Notes under the pieces: model-generated
What the model was told of the DNA's origin: nothing
Databases searched by the model: none
What the model saw: only the letters and a program-made list of their open reading frames with translations
Program-made: the position numbers and the translations under genes
Shown here: one piece after another, positions 62,316 to 64,000 of the stretch
How the letters are laid out: every line of letters begins with the position of its first letter
How positions within the stretch are numbered: position 1 is the stretch's first letter
NCBI GenBank assembly: GCA_030295235.1
Contig: AP026162.1
Coordinates: forward strand, 2,480,001 to 2,544,000
Reading direction: 5' to 3'
DNA length: 64,000 nt
Source: Fistulifera solaris
Taxonomy: Eukaryota

Positions 62316-62865
62316 TAGAGATTGCGAGAGCCCATCTCTGTCGTCAACTGAAGAAAGGACCATATTAAAAAGACAGTTTATATTAGCAATGGTTGTTGAA
62401 TCTAAACTAGATTTACGGGCGTTAGAATGATAGAACGATAAATGGAAGATAAAAGAAGACGCCTTAGTCTAAACACTACGCTTGCCCAGCCAAGAGGAAC
62501 AAGAAAAGCAAGTTACCGTAGTTTCATACTCTGCGAAACTACAACTATAGACCTAGCTAGACCTAGTTTTCATTGTGCCGATGTATTATTTTTTCATCAT
62601 TACTTTAGTCATAACCGGTAAGACTGTTGAAATATTTCTTCGTTAACCTTACTGCACATCGTTAACCGTTATCGTCGGAGGGAGTCGACTGTTCAGTGTC
62701 AACCGCATACCAGTAGTCTATCTCATCGAGAAAAAAACCGAGATTGGAATGCAATTGCATCCATTTCTTCGAGATTTCCAAAGCATCAAGCATCGCTCCT
62801 TCTTCTCTGAAGAGCTCATAAATTTGCAATTACAAAACAGCTTTTACCAGCGAACTAGCGCAAAC

Positions 62866-64000
62866 ATGGCCGAGTCGGATCCAGAAATAAACAATCGCGC
62901 AATGTCCTGTTCAGACGACGGAAGTGAAGATCCGAACAACGCTGCGCCTCCTGGGCGCCCGCTTCGACATGTCGATTCTCTCGGTCGAGTCTTTTATCAC
63001 TCCAACAATCCTATGATGTATTCTGTGATTTTAATTCTGCTGGTTGAGTGGTTTGAGCGATTCAGCTACTACGGTGTTGCCTACACACAAACACTGTATC
63101 TGACCGGCGCCTACGATAAAGACTGGAATGCGGGATTGTCTGCCGTTGAGGCATCGTCGTTGGTCAGCTTAAGTACTGCTATGGCCTACACAACAACCTT
63201 TATAGGTGCTCTCCTTGCTGATAGTTTACTTGGGGACTACATGACGATTCTAGTGGGCTGCATCGTATTCTACTTGCCATCTCTCGCGCTGATAACGCTT
63301 ACAACAATCCCTTCATGGCTGGGCGACACATTCCCAACAAAGTACTTAGCATTTGCTATTTTATTATGGTGGCCAGCAGGTACCGGAATTGTAAAATCAT
63401 GCATCAATGTCTTCGGAGCAAAACAGTTTCATCCCCTTTGCAGTCCCAGTTGATTGAACAATATTATGTTCAGTACTATATGTGCATCAATGTCGGCAGT
63501 TTGCTGGGGATTCTTATCATTCCCATCATCGCTCAACGCAGCATAACGCAGGCGTATCTAGTTCCGTGCTCCTTACTTTGTTTAGGGATTATGATCTTTG
63601 TTTCTGGAAGTTCACGATATGTCAAGGTTCCCCCGAAAGGTGAATTGTGTGGGAAAAAGTCGTCGCGAGGGAGTGGGGACGTCGGTTTGCTCAAACTCTT
63701 TCGTATCACTGTATTGATTGTACCTTTCTGTATGGCCTACTCGCAGATGCCAACGACATTCATCATTCAAGGAAGCGTCTTACGGAGGGCGTGTGGGGTG
63801 ATAGATGCTGCATCGTTGAATAGCTCGGATGCAGCGAGCGTTCTTGTCTTTGGTTACATCACCGGCAGTATTATCTACCCTGCTTTGGCTGAACGAAATA
63901 TGAAAATCCCAACCACCTATAAGTTCGCCATTGGATCCGCCCTCGGTGCGCTCGCTATACTTTGGGCGCTATTTGTGGAGTATCGCATGCATACAGTTTA
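62866..64000 (+). CDS. POT/PTR (NPF) family peptide or nitrate transporter, 3'-truncated; frameshift near 63437
   Basis: ExxERFSYYG motif (EWFERFSYYG), GALLADSLLGDY, FGAKQF, YYMCINVGSLLG. Confidence 0.88.

Overview
Eukaryotic, gene-dense genomic DNA, almost certainly from a diatom or related photosynthetic stramenopile: short GT-AG introns, several bipartite 'signal peptide + (A/S)AF' plastid presequences, an HSF gene and a copia-type LTR element. About 30 protein-coding genes are visible (ArfGAP, NOC1/CEBPZ, double-AAA ATPase, two tandem M43 metalloproteases, ABC1 kinase, SmD3, RPB5, SAHH, a bacterial-type STAND-like ATPase, DUF1826, TPM-RING, LSM6, FNT/NAR1, TauE, HMG-box, RBM22, PGAM5, DDX19, proteasome alpha, GGPPS, plastid S15, HSF, POT transporter). 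Many carry single-base frameshifts, several at homopolymers, that look like long-read assembly errors. Mobile DNA: a full-length Ty1/copia element (43315-48610) with near-identical LTRs and an apparent 6-bp TSD; two adjacent TA-flanked non-autonomous TIR elements (26609-27802, with internal hairpin-repeat arrays, and 27863-28435); and a short Helitron-like element (60085-60402). Other notable signals: a local three-gene family of disordered Ser/Arg-rich proteins sharing only a C-terminal motif, a candidate AS-NMD switch in the SmD3 intron, six TGACGT sites upstream of the nitrite transporter, and a 54-aa two-exon gene missed by the ORF track. All calls come from reading the sequence; no database searches were run.
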